From: Candidatus Peregrinibacteria bacterium
Lineage (GTDB): Bacteria; Patescibacteriota; Gracilibacteria; Peribacterales; Peribacteraceae
Length of the DNA: 64,000 nucleotides
Reading direction: 5' to 3'
NCBI GenBank assembly: GCA_016196295.1
Contig: JACPYA010000027.1
Span: 2,075-66,074, forward strand
In this document: one piece after another, positions 46,101 through 56,098 of the stretch
Numbering within the stretch: the stretch's first letter is position 1
Layout of the letters: every line of letters starts with the position of its first letter
Notes under the pieces: generated by a model
What the model saw: the letters and a program-made list of their open reading frames with translations, nothing else
Database searches by the model: none
What the model was told of the DNA's origin: nothing
Made by a program: the position numbers and the translations under genes

Positions 46101-46183
46101 AGGGCTAGGGCTTGGAATGATCGAACGGCAAAAAGTATAGAGCAACATCAACTCCTAGCCCTAACCCTAACCCCAGCCCTAAA
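46101..46183. repeat. inverted G-rich/C-rich arms: AGGGCTAGGGCTTGGA ... TCCTAGCCCTAACCCTAACCCCAGCCCTAAA
   Basis: The reverse complement of the right arm matches the left arm of 39367-39395 at 27 of 29 positions. It contains (CCCTAA)2. The sortase stop codon TAG lies inside the arm. Confidence 0.9.
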
Positions 46184-47351
46184 TCGGCAGTGCTTCTAAC
46201 GGCACCCTCTGCACCGGACTCGCGATGCGCTCGCCTTTCTCGCCGATTTTGAGGGCAACGCCGGTGATGGGATCGACTTCCTGCGAGACGAGGATCAAGC
46301 GCCGCAGCGTCGTGCCGACGGGCGTGCACGTCATGAGGGTTGCGATGCGCTGAGCTGTCGGCTGGTCGAGCACCGTGATGTCACTGGGCTTCACTTCCTT
46401 CTTCTCGATCACGGTGTAGCGGTGCTTGTCGCCGCTGAAGTAGACCCAATACTCATCCCCGACCTGGAGCTGATGGAGCCGCGCGAAGACTGTTTTGTAG
46501 TTGCCGGGAGCCCAGGGGTAGTAGGAGCTATGCCCGGTGACGAAGAAATTTCCCGCCTGCCCCGGGCGGGCCGTTCCGGGGTAGTGCACGACACCTCCTT
46601 GCAGGGCGGCTTGGATGTCTTGCTCCACTTGCGTCCAATCTTCCTTCAGAAGCGATGCGTAGGATGGCGTCACGAGCGGCACGTTGAGGTTCAGTTTTGG
46701 GATGATGATGCGGTTATCGGGAGGGCCTACCTCCGGCAAAAAGCTGAGAAGATCGCCATCGGTGCCGGACACCGCGAGTCCCGGGACGCGCTTGAGTTTT
46801 TCCCTGAGCGCCGTGTCGATGCCGGACGATCCGCCGGCACTGTCGAACTTCAGCGGATCAATCTTCGAGCGCATGATCTGCCAGAAGCTCTGATAGTTGA
46901 GCGCGAGGAAGAGGAACAGGAAGATGCAGGCAAACGTGCTGCCGAACCGCACGATATCCAGCGCGAAGAGCGTGCCGCGGTTATATTGCTTGACCGTGCG
47001 GTTGCGTCCCGGGATCCACACCGGCTGCGCGAGGAAGGCCTTCGTGAAGGTCCAGCCGGAGCGACCGCCCCGCTTGAGCTCGCTCCACACGGTGCGGCCG
47101 TCGCGGAAGCTGGCGCGGTACTGACGCAGTCCCTCTGCGATTGCGGAGAACATCACGCCGCGCATCTGGCGGCGCATCTCCCGGAGCATTTTTTCGTCGA
47201 AGAGAGGAGTGGCGGATGCACTTTTCTTCTCCACGGCGGCTTCGATCTTCTTCGCCTGTTTCGGTGCTTCTTGCCGCACGATCTGACGCTCGATCGCCTC
47301 CGAGGGGAGGATGATGTTTCCTTCGGTGTCGTAGTAAGCGTGATGCGTCAT
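46179..47351 (-). CDS. sortase-family transpeptidase with long N-terminal cytoplasmic extension and TM anchor
   Basis: FFVTGHSSY (His), LMTCTPVGT (TLxTC Cys) and a downstream Arg (TLRRLILV). Confidence 0.75.
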   Translation of the reverse strand: MTHHAYYDTEGNIILPSEAIERQIVRQEAPKQAKKIEAAVEKKSASATPLFDEKMLREMRRQMRGVMFSAIAEGLRQYRASFRDGRTVWSELKRGGRSGWTFTKAFLAQPVWIPGRNRTVKQYNRGTLFALDIVRFGSTFACIFLFLFLALNYQSFWQIMRSKIDPLKFDSAGGSSGIDTALREKLKRVPGLAVSGTDGDLLSFLPEVGPPDNRIIIPKLNLNVPLVTPSYASLLKEDWTQVEQDIQAALQGGVVHYPGTARPGQAGNFFVTGHSSYYPWAPGNYKTVFARLHQLQVGDEYWVYFSGDKHRYTVIEKKEVKPSDITVLDQPTAQRIATLMTCTPVGTTLRRLILVSQEVDPITGVALKIGEKGERIASPVQRVPLEALPI

Positions 47352-47424
47352 GTTTTCCAGGTATTATAGCACAAAAACAACTTGTCTTACATCCGAGAGG
47401 GGACTGAGGATAGCATAGGACCGT

Positions 47425-47622
47425 ATGCAGCCAGAAACGGTGAAAATCCCGGTTCCTGAGGACTATCCGATGGATGCCCATCAGATCGTGGCTTTCAGCA
47501 GGCGACTCGGCTTTCCTTTACTTATGGTCAGCGCCGATCGTGAAGTTCTGCTTGATTGTGAGTGGCTCTCACCCGCAGAGATTGATCGCTATCGCCGGCA
47601 CCTCACGATGCTCCTTCAATGA
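47425..47622 (+). CDS. small hypothetical protein
   Basis: 65-aa ORF. Its 3' end overlaps the mnmA 3' end by 20 nt. Confidence 0.25.
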   Translation: MQPETVKIPVPEDYPMDAHQIVAFSRRLGFPLLMVSADREVLLDCEWLSPAEIDRYRRHLTMLLQ

Positions 47623-48706
47623 TGCCCCCTCCCACGACCTCCTGCCCGCGGTAGAGCACGAGGCACTGCCCGGGTGCCTGCGGTTCCATCGGAGAGTCAA
47701 ACATGAAGCGCCCGGTGGATCCACTGAACGTGATGGATCCGGATTTTTTATGTGACAATGAGCGCGTGCGGACGTCGAATCGCGTCGGCTCGTCGCCCTC
47801 CGGTTTCCATGAGACCCAATGCAGTTCTTTCACCGTGATCGCGTGTGTACGCTCCTCGCCCTTCGGGGCGACGATCAAGCGATTCTTCTCTGCATCTTTG
47901 GAGACGACCTCGAGGGGGATTTTGAGTCCGCCGATTTTGAGGCCGCGACGCTGACCCAACGTATAGAGAGGCAACCCTTCGTGGTTGCCGACCACGGTGC
48001 CATCGCGCCGCACGATTTCTCCTGGATGGATGGCGTCTGCGAGATGTCGCTTCAAAAATTCCTGCGGAGATTTTTCCGGGAAGAAGCAGAGATCCTGACT
48101 CTCGCGGTAGGTCCTCTTCTCGTACGGCACGCCAAAGTGCTCGGCGAGGCCGTAGACCTGCGACTTCTGCATCGCGCCGAGCGGGAACAGAACGCGCTTC
48201 AGTTGTTCCTGCGTGAGCCCGTAGAGGTAGTAGCTCTGGTCTTTCGGCGTATCGACCGCTTCCAGAAGGACCATCCGTTCCGATTCATCCGACATCCGTT
48301 CACGTGCGACGCGAGCGTAGTGACCGGTCGCGAGCATGTCGCACCCGAGCTCTTCGGTCAGTTCCAGAAGTTTTCCGAACTTGATCGTGCGGTTGCAGCG
48401 GATGCAGGGGTTCGGCGTGCGACCCGCTCGGTATCCTTCCAGAAACGGATCGACCACCTGCTCTTTGAACTCTTGCTCGAGATCGACGATGTGGTAGGGG
48501 ATTGCAAGCGCCTTCGCGACCGCTTGCGCCCGCGAGGCCGTCTGCGCATTGCAGCACTTGCTCGGGAGAATCTCCGCGAGCGCCGGAGCCAGCGGGTCGG
48601 TCCAAAGCGTGAAGCGCACCCCCACAAGATCGTGCCCCTGCTCTTTCAGCAGGTGCGCGACGACGGAACTGTCGATTCCTCCCGATAGGGCTACGAGAAT
48701 CCTCAT
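47603..48706 (-). CDS. mnmA: tRNA 2-thiouridine(34) synthase
   Basis: VALSGGIDSSV PP-loop, CCNAQ and NPCIRCNRTIKF catalytic Cys regions. Confidence 0.95.
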   Translation of the reverse strand: MRILVALSGGIDSSVVAHLLKEQGHDLVGVRFTLWTDPLAPALAEILPSKCCNAQTASRAQAVAKALAIPYHIVDLEQEFKEQVVDPFLEGYRAGRTPNPCIRCNRTIKFGKLLELTEELGCDMLATGHYARVARERMSDESERMVLLEAVDTPKDQSYYLYGLTQEQLKRVLFPLGAMQKSQVYGLAEHFGVPYEKRTYRESQDLCFFPEKSPQEFLKRHLADAIHPGEIVRRDGTVVGNHEGLPLYTLGQRRGLKIGGLKIPLEVVSKDAEKNRLIVAPKGEERTHAITVKELHWVSWKPEGDEPTRFDVRTRSLSHKKSGSITFSGSTGRFMFDSPMEPQAPGQCLVLYRGQEVVGGGIIEGAS

Positions 48707-48839
48707 AACATTGCTACATTGCTATATTGTCACATTGTTCGCAAAGCGATTCTGAAGCGAATGACAGCAAACTTGCCCTCTTGCATGCTGGCACTGTAGC
48801 AATGTGACCATGTAACAATGTGTACCTTGTAACAATTTG
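48706..48839. repeat. inverted octamer arrays: (CATTGCTA CATTGCTA TATTGTCA CATTGTTC) ... (GTAGCAAT GTGACCAT GTAACAAT ... GTAACAAT)
   Basis: Same family as 9404-9515. The internal ACATTGTTCGCAAAGCGATTC matches 9431-9450 at 19 of 21 positions. It lies in the divergent mnmA / DUF2157 intergenic region and abuts the mnmA ATG. Confidence 0.9.
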
Positions 48840-48870
48840 TCCCTCTCTACGTCTCAGTACAATAGCCGGG

Positions 48871-50109
48871 ATGAACATCCAAGACGCGCTTCGCTACTGG
48901 CAGGAAGAAGGTTTGCTCTCGAAGGAGAAAGCCCGGGAACTTCAAGAGAGTTTGAAGGATGCGGATGATCATGTTCCAAACAAAGCCATTCGGATTTTCT
49001 CCGCGATCGGAGGCATCTTGATCGGCCTTGGTGTCATCTTGTTCGTTGCGAGTAACTGGAGTGAGCTGACATCCTCCGTGAAGACGGCCATTTTGATCCT
49101 CGGCATGCTCCTTACAGGGTATGCGGGCTACGATCTCGCCTATGTCCGAAAAACCTATGAGAAGACCGGACTCGCACTGCTATTCGTGAACGTGCTCATC
49201 TTTGGTGCGAGCATCTTTCTGGTCGCGCAGATCTATCACTTGCCACTGACGTTCTGGTGGGGGGCACTGCTGTGGCTTCTCGTCACGGCGTTCTTTGCGT
49301 ACATCCTTCAATCACGTTTGCATGCGTGGCTGACGGTGCCGCTCTCTCTTCTGTTTCTCGGTTGGTTTCGAAACTACGGTGTCTCCGGCTTCTCCGCGGA
49401 GTTGGATTTCCTCTTCAATGCGCGGCACAGCCTCGTGACGCTGTTTCCGGTCATCGGTGCCGCGCTCATCGGCAAAGCAGTGTTGCAGCGCAAGTACGCG
49501 AATCTTCGCTTCGCGTCCGATACATGCTTCAACTGGGGCATCTTCCTGGTGATTTTTGCGACTGTCCTCACGACGGCGGAGCGAGAACTATTTTATAATT
49601 TCTTTCAGGTTCCGAGCGACTGGGTGGCGCTCCTTCTCTTTACGATCGCTGTTCTCTTGCTCGTTGCGGGAGTCGTGTGGGGCAAGTTTGTCACGAAGCA
49701 GGGTCAGTGGGGCCTGGCCGCGCTCGGCGGATATTTGGTCTATCTGTACGCCATCGCCTCCGTTCCACGTGTCATGGGCTACCCTCTGGCTGGCGGCGGT
49801 TCCTTCATGTTCGGGTACCAAGACGTTCCAGACACCACCATGCTGAAGGGACTTTTCGTACTTCACATTCTGCTCGCATTCGTATTCCTGCTCGTCGTGG
49901 TTTGGTACGGCACGATGCTTCGGATGCCGATCGTCATCAATATGGGCATGCTGGGACTCGCCATCACTATCTTCATTCAGTATGTCTCCTGGGCCTTTGA
50001 GGCGTTGGATCGTTCCATGGCCTTCATCCTCGGCGGCGTGCTCATTTTGGGATTGAGTGCCATCCTGGAGCGCAAACGCAGGCAACTCGTTTCCGCAATG
50101 AAAAAATGA
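48871..50109 (+). CDS. DUF2157-like polytopic membrane protein
   Basis: Soluble N-terminus (ALRYWQEEGLLSKEKARELQ) followed by ~10 TM helices. Paired with a GDYXXLXY gene, as is usual for this family. Confidence 0.6.
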   Translation: MNIQDALRYWQEEGLLSKEKARELQESLKDADDHVPNKAIRIFSAIGGILIGLGVILFVASNWSELTSSVKTAILILGMLLTGYAGYDLAYVRKTYEKTGLALLFVNVLIFGASIFLVAQIYHLPLTFWWGALLWLLVTAFFAYILQSRLHAWLTVPLSLLFLGWFRNYGVSGFSAELDFLFNARHSLVTLFPVIGAALIGKAVLQRKYANLRFASDTCFNWGIFLVIFATVLTTAERELFYNFFQVPSDWVALLLFTIAVLLLVAGVVWGKFVTKQGQWGLAALGGYLVYLYAIASVPRVMGYPLAGGGSFMFGYQDVPDTTMLKGLFVLHILLAFVFLLVVVWYGTMLRMPIVINMGMLGLAITIFIQYVSWAFEALDRSMAFILGGVLILGLSAILERKRRQLVSAMKK

Positions 50110-50684
50110 CGAAACGCACACTCTTTTTCATCGGCCTCATCCTGGAGCTCATCGCGATCTTCGGTCTCTTCGTGCCGTACGCGGTGCGACTCCAAACCGG
50201 TGAAGAGGCGCTTCTGCGCACGGTGCCCGTGGACCCATGGTCGCTCCTGCGCGGGGAATATGTCGTCTTGGATTATGCCGTGGGACAGGACCTGCCGACG
50301 CCCGTGGACTTCACGGGCTACGGGGAGCCTGTGTATGTCGTGCTTTCGAAGCAGGGCGACACCTATGAGCGTGTGAAGTTTTCCGATGAGAAACCGATGT
50401 TGGAACCGGGGCAGCTGTGCTTGAAGGGTCGAAAAGAATACAACCGTGCGGTGTTCCCAGATCTCGCGCAGTACTTCGTCGAGCAGGGGCTGGGACGTGA
50501 AATTGAAAACGTACAGCGCTCGCACCGCCTGCTTGTGACCGCTGTCATTGATTCGGATACGTGCACCGGCATCATTAAGGATCTGCGCCTGGGACCCGAG
50601 GTTCCGGATAGCGAACTTCCCGAGTGGATGCGCCCGGTGCCCATCGAAGACGTCCCCGTGCGGGAAGCGCCGCCAGTGCGATAA
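50106..50684 (+). CDS. GDYXXLXY-domain membrane-anchored protein
   Basis: N-terminal TM and RGEYVVLDY (GDYXXLXY motif). ATGA overlap with the upstream gene. Confidence 0.65.
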   Translation: MTKRTLFFIGLILELIAIFGLFVPYAVRLQTGEEALLRTVPVDPWSLLRGEYVVLDYAVGQDLPTPVDFTGYGEPVYVVLSKQGDTYERVKFSDEKPMLEPGQLCLKGRKEYNRAVFPDLAQYFVEQGLGREIENVQRSHRLLVTAVIDSDTCTGIIKDLRLGPEVPDSELPEWMRPVPIEDVPVREAPPVR

Positions 50685-50708
50685 GGGGGGATCGGGTATC
50701 ATGGACCC

Positions 50709-51760
<1,052 letters not shown>

Positions 51761-51764
<4 letters not shown>

Positions 51765-53110
51765 GAGCGGATCTTCTTCATCGTTGCCATCCTCTGCTCG
51801 ATCAGTTCCTTCGTACCGATGTCCCTGCGGAACCGCACGGGTCCCTGCACCTGCTCGCAGAGTGTCTCTGCGATCTTCTCCGCTTCTACGATGGTCTTCC
51901 CGATGCCGACGATGCCTGCGCTGCGCGAGCCTCCGAGGAGGATCTTCCCGTTCTCCTCCGAGACGTCTCCGTAGTAGAGACGCGCATTCTTCGGCATATC
52001 CGGGAATCTCACCTCTTTGCCTTTCTGATCTTTGGTCTCCGGATATCCCTGCGGCGTGATGTACTTGCAGACCGTTGCCTTCTTCTCGAAAGAAACGAGA
52101 TCCTCTGCCAGGTTTCCGTCGATGATTCCTTGGCAGATGGCGACGAAATCAGACGAGAGGAGCGGAAGGATATTGAGTGCTTCCGGATCGCCGAAGCGCG
52201 CATTGTATTCGATGACACGAATGCCATCTTTCACCGCCATGAAGCCGCCGTAGAGGATTCCGCGATACGGCTCGCCACATTCTTTCAGGAGAGCCGCTGC
52301 GGTGAGGCGATTGATCTCCTTCGCACGTGCAAGGTCCTTCGGTTTCAGAAAGGGAAGTGCATGATTGGCATCGGTGTAGGTGCCCATGCCGCCGGTGTTC
52401 GGGCCGCCATCTCCTTCGTAGGCTCGCTTATGATCCTGAACCGCTGGCATATCGATGACCTGCGTGTCTGAGACGAACGAGAGGAGACTGAATTCCACCC
52501 CAATGAGCTTTTCCTCGATCACTACACGGCCACATTCCTCCAGACATTCCACTGCGTACTGCACACCCTGTTCGATCGAATCCAAATGTTCGCCCATCAC
52601 CTTTACGCCCTTACCGCCCTTGAGCGCGTCATACTTCACGACGAACTCTCCCCCGAGGTCTTTTTCCATATAGGAGCGTATATTCTTTTTAGCTTCTGTC
52701 AGGGCTGAACCTGAATTGGACTGCACGGTGAAAAATTGGAATTTGGACGATGCCTCGATGCCATACTTCTTTAGGAGGTTTCGGGTGAAGCCTTTGCTCG
52801 TCTCGATCTGCGCGAGGGCTTTCTTTGGTGCGACGCTTGGAACGCCGACCTTTTCCAGTTCATCTGCGAGCCCGGCGCCGATGGGGTCGTCCGGTCCGAT
52901 GAAGGCGAAATCTGGTTTTTCTTTTTTGGCGATGTCCAAGATTTTCGGAAAATCCATAATGTTCTGGACGAACATCTTTACGGCAAGTTTTTGGATACCG
53001 GGATTCCTGTTTGCGCAAATCGAGATGATCTCTGGTTTTTGCGGGGATCTCGAAAGCGCATCGGCGATGGCATGTCCCCGAGCCGAGGATGTCACGAGCA
53101 GAATTTTCAT
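51761..53110 (-). CDS. purD: phosphoribosylamine--glycine ligase
   Basis: [20 protein letters not shown]-terminus and an ATP-grasp core ([22 protein letters not shown]). Confidence 0.9.
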
Positions 53111-53113
53111 GAG

Positions 53114-54622
53114 TTACACCAGAGACATCATCCTGGCATTCTCCGTTTCCTCTTCCGCGGCCTCGTGCTCAAACGTGTCGCGTGTCATGTTACGGCCGCA
53201 CCCGAGCTCGTGGAGGAGCTTCGGCGTCACCTCGGGCGTCGGATATTTCTTCGTGAAGCAGCCTTCGCTGAATTGTCGGATCTTCGAGTTTCCGACCCGC
53301 ACCGCTTTGTGCATGTCGTCGATCGTCGTGTAGAAGAGGCCGTCCGCGCCGATATACTTGCGGATGTCCTCCACGCTGTGGTTCGCCGCGATCAGTTCAT
53401 TCGTCGTCGGCAAGTCGATGCCGTACGGGTCCGGACTGATGATCGGGGGCGAGGCCGAGGCGAAGTAGACCTTTTTGGCTCCGGCTTGGCGTGCGATCTC
53501 CACGATCTTTTTGCTGGTGTTGCCGCGGACGATGGAGTCATCGACGAGCAGCACGCTGTTGCCTTTGAACTCCAGCTCGATCGGATGCATCTTGAAGTTC
53601 AGGCTCCGTTTGCGCATGTCTTGCCCCGGCATGATGAACGTGCGGCCGATGTAGCGGTTCTTCACGAAGCCTTCGCGATAGCGCACTTTCAGCTTATCCG
53701 CGAGGCCGGCGGCCGCCGGACGTCCGGTATCGGGGATCGGAATCACCGAGTCGATGTGGATGCCCGCGGCGCGGATCTGCTTTGCCAACGCCTCGCCCAT
53801 GCGCACGCGCGCCTTGTAGACGTTCACGCCGTCGATCGTCGAGTCTGGAGCGGCGAGGTACACCCACTCGAAGAGACACGGGTGCAGAGATCCCTGCTTG
53901 CACATCCGCGTGTGCAATTTGTTGTGCCGATCAATGAAGACGGCCTCGCCCGGCTGGATGTCGCGGACGAACTCGTAGTCGAGCGCTTTGAAGACGGTGT
54001 TCTCCGAGGCGATCATGTACTCCTCCTTCATGCCGTACTTGCGTCGTCCCAGTTGCAGCGGACGGATGCCATACGGGTCGCGGAAGCCGATGATGCCCTG
54101 GCCGCCGATGAGCGCGACGACGGAGTAGGCTCCCTTGCTCTTGCGCATGACGGTGCGGACCGCGCGGAAGACGTGGTCCGGCGTCAGCTTCTTCGGCCGG
54201 AGGTTGTGCAGCGCGACCGCGAAGACATTCAGGAGCACTTCCGAGTCCGAGTTGGTATTCAGGTGGTGGTAGTACTTCTCCATCAGCTCTTTGCGCAGCT
54301 CCGCAGTGTTCGTCAGGTTGCCATTGTGCGCGAGGGCGATGCCAAACGGCGTGGAGATGAAGAACGGCTGCGCTTCGAATTCGCTGCTGCACCCTGCGGT
54401 CGGGTAGCGCACGTGCCCGATGCCCATCGGACCTTTCAGACGGGCGAGCGACTTGGCATGGAACACATCGCGGACCATCCCGTTGCTCTTCTTCAAGTGA
54501 AATTGACTGTTGAACGTCACGATACCTGCGGCATCCTGGCCCCGGTGCTGTAACACGATGAGTCCGTCGTAGAGGTCTTGGATGACATCGCGGTAGCCGG
54601 ACACTGCTAAAATTCCACACAT
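53114..54622 (-). CDS. purF: amidophosphoribosyltransferase
   Basis: N-terminal MCGI(LAV) Ntn nucleophile, LQHRGQDAAGI, and a PRPP loop (VLLVDDSIVRGNTS). Confidence 0.95.
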   Translation of the reverse strand: MCGILAVSGYRDVIQDLYDGLIVLQHRGQDAAGIVTFNSQFHLKKSNGMVRDVFHAKSLARLKGPMGIGHVRYPTAGCSSEFEAQPFFISTPFGIALAHNGNLTNTAELRKELMEKYYHHLNTNSDSEVLLNVFAVALHNLRPKKLTPDHVFRAVRTVMRKSKGAYSVVALIGGQGIIGFRDPYGIRPLQLGRRKYGMKEEYMIASENTVFKALDYEFVRDIQPGEAVFIDRHNKLHTRMCKQGSLHPCLFEWVYLAAPDSTIDGVNVYKARVRMGEALAKQIRAAGIHIDSVIPIPDTGRPAAAGLADKLKVRYREGFVKNRYIGRTFIMPGQDMRKRSLNFKMHPIELEFKGNSVLLVDDSIVRGNTSKKIVEIARQAGAKKVYFASASPPIISPDPYGIDLPTTNELIAANHSVEDIRKYIGADGLFYTTIDDMHKAVRVGNSKIRQFSEGCFTKKYPTPEVTPKLLHELGCGRNMTRDTFEHEAAEEETENARMMSLV

Positions 54623-54652
54623 GCGTGAGGAAGAAAGGGAGAATAAATAAAT

Positions 54653-54742
54653 GTTTTTCGTTGGATTGTTTTTCGTTTTTGGTTAAGAATCTTTGAATTC
54701 TCGCTTGCGAACGAAAAACGAAAAACGAAAAACGAAAAAACG
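54653..54742. repeat. inverted heptamer arrays: (GTTTTTC-like)x3 ... (CGAAAAA)x4
   Basis: Read directly. It lies between the purF start and the IS481-like element. Confidence 0.9.
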
Positions 54743-54772
54743 TACAAAGTGGCCTGCCCGGAGACGGGGAAA

Positions 54773-55949
54773 GCCAAAGACTGGAAAAACGGACTATCCA
54801 CGTAGACATTCTAATGATGGATTTTCAGGAAGCAAGTGAGTGTATGGGTCCACCCATAATTGCACTCTTCCTGGGTCGAGGACCACTGTAGCAGAAATTG
54901 GAGGGGCGATTGCAGGTTCAGTGCGAAATGCGGTCGTTCGGTGTTGAACCAGAGCAGGTATTCCATGAGGATCACGTTGAATTTTTGCGGCTCCAGGAGC
55001 TCGTGGGCATGGTAGTCCACGAACTCCTCCTGGATCGTGCGGTTGAACCGTTCACAATGGGCGTTCATCTTCGGTGTCTTCGGGTAAGTGTGGTAGTGCG
55101 TGAGGTGCAGTTCCGAGAGCTTCTGCGCGAAGTGCTTCTTGAACTCACTGCCATTGTCCGTGAGAACATGTTCGAAGGGCACGGGAAAGACCATGTGGCA
55201 GAATCCAAAGAACTCCTCGGCGGCCTTGGATGCATGCGAAGTCGTGCTCCACGCAAACCCAAAGCGGCTGTAGAGATTCTCGAAAGTGATGACATACCGG
55301 CGGCAGCCGTGGACGAAGCGTTCCACGGTATCGAGGGCGACGCAGTGCCCCGGATGGGTGGCCTTGAAGTCCTTGGGCTTCCGGAGCACCTTCCGCCGGT
55401 TGGCCTTCTTCACCTTCCCGAAGTGAGAAACCTTCTGGGGGAAGATCCTGAGTCCTCCGAGATCCGCGATGAGCCTGCCGACGGTGGAGGCGGAGGGCAT
55501 GGGGAGGGACTGCCTGCGGCAGAAGCGCGCGAGGAGGATCTGCAGCTTCGCTTTCCCCAGATTCGGGTGCTCCATCCGTAGCCGCTTGATCTCGTCGAGG
55601 ACTTCGAGCGGCCACGCTCGGATACGGCGGTGCCGGGGAACCCTTGAACATTCCTCCAGGGCGGTCGGTTTCCCGTGTCCTTCCCGCAGCTGCTTCTTCC
55701 AGAGGAAGAGTGTCCTCCTCTTCACCTTGAATGCATCGATTGTTGCCGGAAGGCCGTGCTTCTCCCAGAAGACGAGGATCTCAAACTTCTGCTTCGCTTT
55801 GTCGGTCATATGCGCCCACCGTACCGCCCTGTTGTAGCAGGTGACGAAGTGGAAGCCCTTGAATGCAGGTTTGAAGCGTCCTCTACCCATAGGTCAGTGA
55901 GACCCAAGGGAGTGCAATATGTATCTGAACCTATGCAGTGAGCTTTGGC
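54773..55949 (-). mobile_element. IS481-like insertion sequence (boundaries approximate)
   Basis: Single rve-type DDE transposase ORF. Only weak terminal inverted repeats were found: GCCAAAGACTGG (54773-54784) versus CAGTGAGCTTTGGC (55936-55949). Confidence 0.4.
54811..55809 (-). CDS. DDE transposase, integrase-core (rve) domain, IS481-like
   Basis: VALDTV ... LTDNGSEFKK ... HCERFNRTIQEEF (D, D, E), N-terminal HTH, no frameshift. Start taken at MTDKAKQ. Confidence 0.85.
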   Translation of the reverse strand: MTDKAKQKFEILVFWEKHGLPATIDAFKVKRRTLFLWKKQLREGHGKPTALEECSRVPRHRRIRAWPLEVLDEIKRLRMEHPNLGKAKLQILLARFCRRQSLPMPSASTVGRLIADLGGLRIFPQKVSHFGKVKKANRRKVLRKPKDFKATHPGHCVALDTVERFVHGCRRYVITFENLYSRFGFAWSTTSHASKAAEEFFGFCHMVFPVPFEHVLTDNGSEFKKHFAQKLSELHLTHYHTYPKTPKMNAHCERFNRTIQEEFVDYHAHELLEPQKFNVILMEYLLWFNTERPHFALNLQSPLQFLLQWSSTQEECNYGWTHTLTCFLKIHH

Positions 55950-56098
55950 CATAGAAAGACCAGGAACCTTGGCGCAAAAGGTTCCCGATGCGTCGCATTC
56001 TTGAATCTCGAATCCGACCTTGGATTCGCCTATCAAATAATCGCGCCCATGGAAGGGCGTTCTTTTTTGTATTGATGAGCAGCCTTCCATGGCTGCGA

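Noticed and set aside
46153-46183. (CCCTAA)2-containing tract as a genuine telomere or a sign of eukaryotic contamination.
   Set aside because: Only two hexamer units are present, embedded in a bacterial intergenic palindrome between a tRNA and a sortase gene, and a related copy lies at 39367-39395. It is an internal repeat family, not a chromosome end.
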